A DNA stretch of 64,000 nt, from IMG/VR virus record IMGVR_UViG_3300042860_002775, one strand, 5' to 3'. A program made the position numbers and the translations under genes. Positions 61,692-64,000 of the stretch are shown here, one piece after another; within the stretch, counting starts at the first letter, position 1, and each line of letters starts with the position of its first letter. The DNA is from an uncultured virus (IMG/VR IMGVR_UViG_3300042860_002775). Taxonomy: Duplodnaviria; Heunggongvirae; Uroviricota; Caudoviricetes. Under the pieces are notes generated by a model. It made no database searches, had not been told where the DNA came from, and saw nothing but the letters and a program-made list of their open reading frames with translations.

Positions 61692-61892
61692 TTAGACTCT
61701 GGCCTTCTTCTGGTTCAGGGGGCGGATTTCCAGCTTGCTACCATCGGGGTATCGCTTGATGATACCTGTCCAATAGTCAAGCTCTCGCTGGGCATCCAAC
61801 TTGGAGTCGTACTCCGAGTCGCTGACGCGGACGTTGTTCCGAAAAACAGCGTACATTGTGGTTTCAGTTTGTTCGAGCGTATTATTACTCAT
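61692..61892 (-). CDS. Small hypothetical protein
   Basis: Member of the compact operon downstream of the promoter at 62111-62138. Confidence 0.7.
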   Translation of the reverse strand: MSNNTLEQTETTMYAVFRNNVRVSDSEYDSKLDAQRELDYWTGIIKRYPDGSKLEIRPLNQKKARV

Positions 61893-61907
61893 GTTTTGGT
61901 TTTTGTG

Positions 61908-62108
61908 TTATTCGTTGTAACGAGAATAGTTATAACTGTCCAGATAAGACAGTTCATCGCGAATGTCATGCTCATTGGGCTCAATCATGCCGGGAAGACC
62001 AACCTTCTTATACTGGACTTCGTCGCCATTTTCATCAGTCACGATCTTCTTGGGACGACCGCGACCACGCTTGATAGTATATGTGTTAGATGTATCATTC
62101 ATACTCAT
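61908..62108 (-). CDS. Small AT-hook protein
   Basis: KRGRGRPKK. Start is probably 62108 or 62102, since the promoter -10 overlaps 62111-62116. Confidence 0.65.
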   Translation of the reverse strand: MSMNDTSNTYTIKRGRGRPKKIVTDENGDEVQYKKVGLPGMIEPNEHDIRDELSYLDSYNYSRYNE

Positions 62109-62110
62109 AT

Positions 62111-62138
62111 ACCTTACCATACTATCTTAAAATATCAA
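62111..62138 (-). promoter_or_regulatory. sigma70-like promoter TTGATA-N16-TAAGGT with extended -10 (TGG)
   Basis: Read directly. Confidence 0.55.
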
Positions 62139-62169
62139 GCACAAAATATTAGAATAATTACTATTTATA

Positions 62170-62316
62170 ATGACCGTGAGTAAGTTTAGCGTAAATGACC
62201 GAATACAACATGGTTATATACATTTTAAATGCTTGTGCGTGTGTATTGCTAAAGGCAAAAACCCCACATTTTATTTAAAGGGATTGATACGAACAATATT
62301 TAGTTGGAAGTATTAG
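62170..62316 (+). CDS. Possible 46-48 aa plus-strand protein
   Basis: MTVSKFSVNDRIQHGYIHFKCLCVCIAKGKNPTFYLKGLIRTIFSWKY, immediately preceded by TATTTATA on the plus strand (62162-62169). Confidence 0.4.
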   Translation: MTVSKFSVNDRIQHGYIHFKCLCVCIAKGKNPTFYLKGLIRTIFSWKY

Positions 62317-63976
62317 CTTCATTCACATTCATTATGTGATTGAACTCTGCTACACTCATACCAAGTTTGTTTGCGATGTCTATAGTCTTGGTATTCTTTG
62401 CTCCAAGCTTTTCTAATGCCGCTTTCTTTTCTTTTGGCGTCATCATATGAAGCTCACGCTGTATTCTTTTGATTTCTTCTGGATCAATCGGAGCTTCATC
62501 AGTAAGTTTATCCAGAAAATCGGTTTGGCCAACATCTGTTTTCATTCCCGCAGTTATTGAACTTGCTGGCGTAAGTGGACCACCATTGCGAACATCTCTG
62601 TCAAGCCAATCAACTTTATATTCTTCAATGTTTCCAAGTATGGTTGGAAAATCCTTATACAATCTTTCAACGTAGTTCCATTTTTCAATCACTTCAGCCT
62701 TGTTGTTCCAGAATGATATTATTTTTTTTCTATACCATAATCTGCCAGCTAATCCACCGGATTTTACTCTAAATGCGCCAGGATCATCATCGTCATGAAC
62801 TTTACCAGATTTGATAAAATCTGCCAATGGACCAGAACTTACAGAATCAAACATAGCTTCAAAATCTGATATTTCAATTTCTCGATTAGAAACCATATCA
62901 TAAAAATCACGCATATCTTCTTCAGTGGCTTTAATATACTCCATATTTTCGTGAGCGTATTGAAGAATTTCCATTATATCAGTATGTACTCCACCCTCAT
63001 TGATTGCTGAAAATTTTGGATAAATAAAAAATGCTATAGCGTCGCCATCCATATATTTCGCAATCTTGAACTCTCCATCAACACTAAGCACCGTATCTGG
63101 GCTTTCTTTCAACAAATCTTTCAGCTTGATATGTCCTTCAAGTGCTGGCATTGCTGCGGTTGCTTTTGCTGGGTAGTCAAATCCTTTTGCTGCTTTTTTA
63201 TCCTGCCTGTTCCAAAAACTTGGACTATAATCTGCCTTATCTTTCTTGAAATGTTTTTGTGCTTTCAATGCCTGTATTTCTTCTGGGCTCAATTTTTCTT
63301 TGTCGTCGGGAATATTACCGGTCAATTCTTTGTATGTATAAATTCCGCGACTATCAATAAATTCATACAATGCAGTTTCAAGATTCATGTTATAGTTTTT
63401 CATGAAACTATATACTTGATTCATATATGGCATCACCCTGTCTTTTTCATTCCAAAAACTTACTACATTTGCATCTACCCAAATTCTACCAGCAAGTTCA
63501 TTTGATTCATCGTCGTTGCCACCGCCCCGAATATCAAGCTTTTTAAAATATTCTCTATGCTTTTCTAGATACTTGCGAACATCTTCAAGACTGCTCGCAT
63601 TTAGGCCGTGAAAATAACACTCATATGCTTTGTCTCTTTTTGCTATAAGTCCAGGATCGCCATCCATACGTCTAAATTCATAATTACGTTCAAACACATC
63701 TTGTTTCCCACGCGAACTATGCCCAGCATATCTAAGAATCAAATCCAGGCTTCCGTGCGTTCCGCGATGCAGATATATTATTATCTTGTCTTTTGGTTCT
63801 ATAAAGAATGGATATGCGTCAGGATCATCCCACCGAATAGATACCGTTTCTTTGCGTTTTATTCCAAGTTTTTCAAGTTTTTGAACATCCGAAGGGCTGA
63901 CAAAAAATCTGTCTGGACTTTCAGTCATTATACTTTCCAGCAAAAACTCTATATCAAATGGAATACGCTTTTTCAT
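62300..63976 (-). CDS. Hypothetical protein made of two tandem homologous domains
   Basis: Each half reads ESPD...DA..FFI...H...LAGR.W....SFWN...PEEI. Linker IKLKDLLKE. Confidence 0.75.
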   Translation of the reverse strand: MKKRIPFDIEFLLESIMTESPDRFFVSPSDVQKLEKLGIKRKETVSIRWDDPDAYPFFIEPKDKIIIYLHRGTHGSLDLILRYAGHSSRGKQDVFERNYEFRRMDGDPGLIAKRDKAYECYFHGLNASSLEDVRKYLEKHREYFKKLDIRGGGNDDESNELAGRIWVDANVVSFWNEKDRVMPYMNQVYSFMKNYNMNLETALYEFIDSRGIYTYKELTGNIPDDKEKLSPEEIQALKAQKHFKKDKADYSPSFWNRQDKKAAKGFDYPAKATAAMPALEGHIKLKDLLKESPDTVLSVDGEFKIAKYMDGDAIAFFIYPKFSAINEGGVHTDIMEILQYAHENMEYIKATEEDMRDFYDMVSNREIEISDFEAMFDSVSSGPLADFIKSGKVHDDDDPGAFRVKSGGLAGRLWYRKKIISFWNNKAEVIEKWNYVERLYKDFPTILGNIEEYKVDWLDRDVRNGGPLTPASSITAGMKTDVGQTDFLDKLTDEAPIDPEEIKRIQRELHMMTPKEKKAALEKLGAKNTKTIDIANKLGMSVAEFNHIMNVNEANTSN

Positions 63977-64000
63977 CTTATAATAATTTACTCTTTGGTT

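Noticed and set aside
61435..62183. N-terminal extension of 60973..61629 and the plus-strand 240-aa ORF 61461..62183
   Set aside because: Both overlap three well-packed minus-strand genes, and the extension also crosses a terminator. The likely true start is 61434.
1..64000. Alternative genetic code (stop-codon recoding)
   Set aside because: Long genes are intact and tightly packed under the standard code, and both TAA and TGA end genes at sensible positions.
1..64000. Eukaryotic giant-virus or cellular origin, suggested by GT60, FG-GAP and AT-hook features
   Set aside because: gp6/gp25/gp5-like baseplate genes, an S74 fibre, peptide deformylase, sigma70-type promoters and intrinsic terminators all indicate a bacteriophage.

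Overview
This is a 64-kb slice of a large, AT-rich, gene-dense tailed bacteriophage genome, most likely a jumbo myovirus with T4-like baseplate and late-sigma modules. Almost every real gene lies on the minus strand. The window contains: (1) a contractile-tail baseplate and fibre module (~20.2-36.9 kb) plus a 2741-aa Ser/Thr/Ala repeat fibre with a C-terminal S74 chaperone; (2) replication and recombination genes (a single-ORF Mre11-Rad50/SbcD-SbcC fusion, primase, RuvC-like resolvase); (3) a gp55-like sigma factor with a Lys-rich, AT-hook N-terminus; (4) host-type auxiliary genes (peptide deformylase, Hsp20, PhoH, orphan DNA methyltransferase, a secreted Ig-domain protein); and (5) six glycosyltransferase-like genes and a NodU-type carbamoyltransferase lying next to Thr/Pro-rich, mucin-like proteins. 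The best novelty candidates are a phage-encoded mucin-type virion O-glycosylation system (GT60-like initiator, extenders, carbamoyltransferase and TP-repeat or S-x-S substrates) and an unannotated ~100-nt RNA with a three-way junction and kissing loops that has its own promoter and terminator (44783-44910). There is also a two-class promoter system: TTGAC-type -35/-10 boxes with a 16-bp spacer, and a TATTTATA motif that is the reverse complement of the T4 late promoter. A T4-like hairpin that could occlude a late start codon lies at 14463-14496. All functional calls come from motifs recognised by eye; no database searches were run. I saw no tRNA, rRNA, CRISPR array or mobile element.
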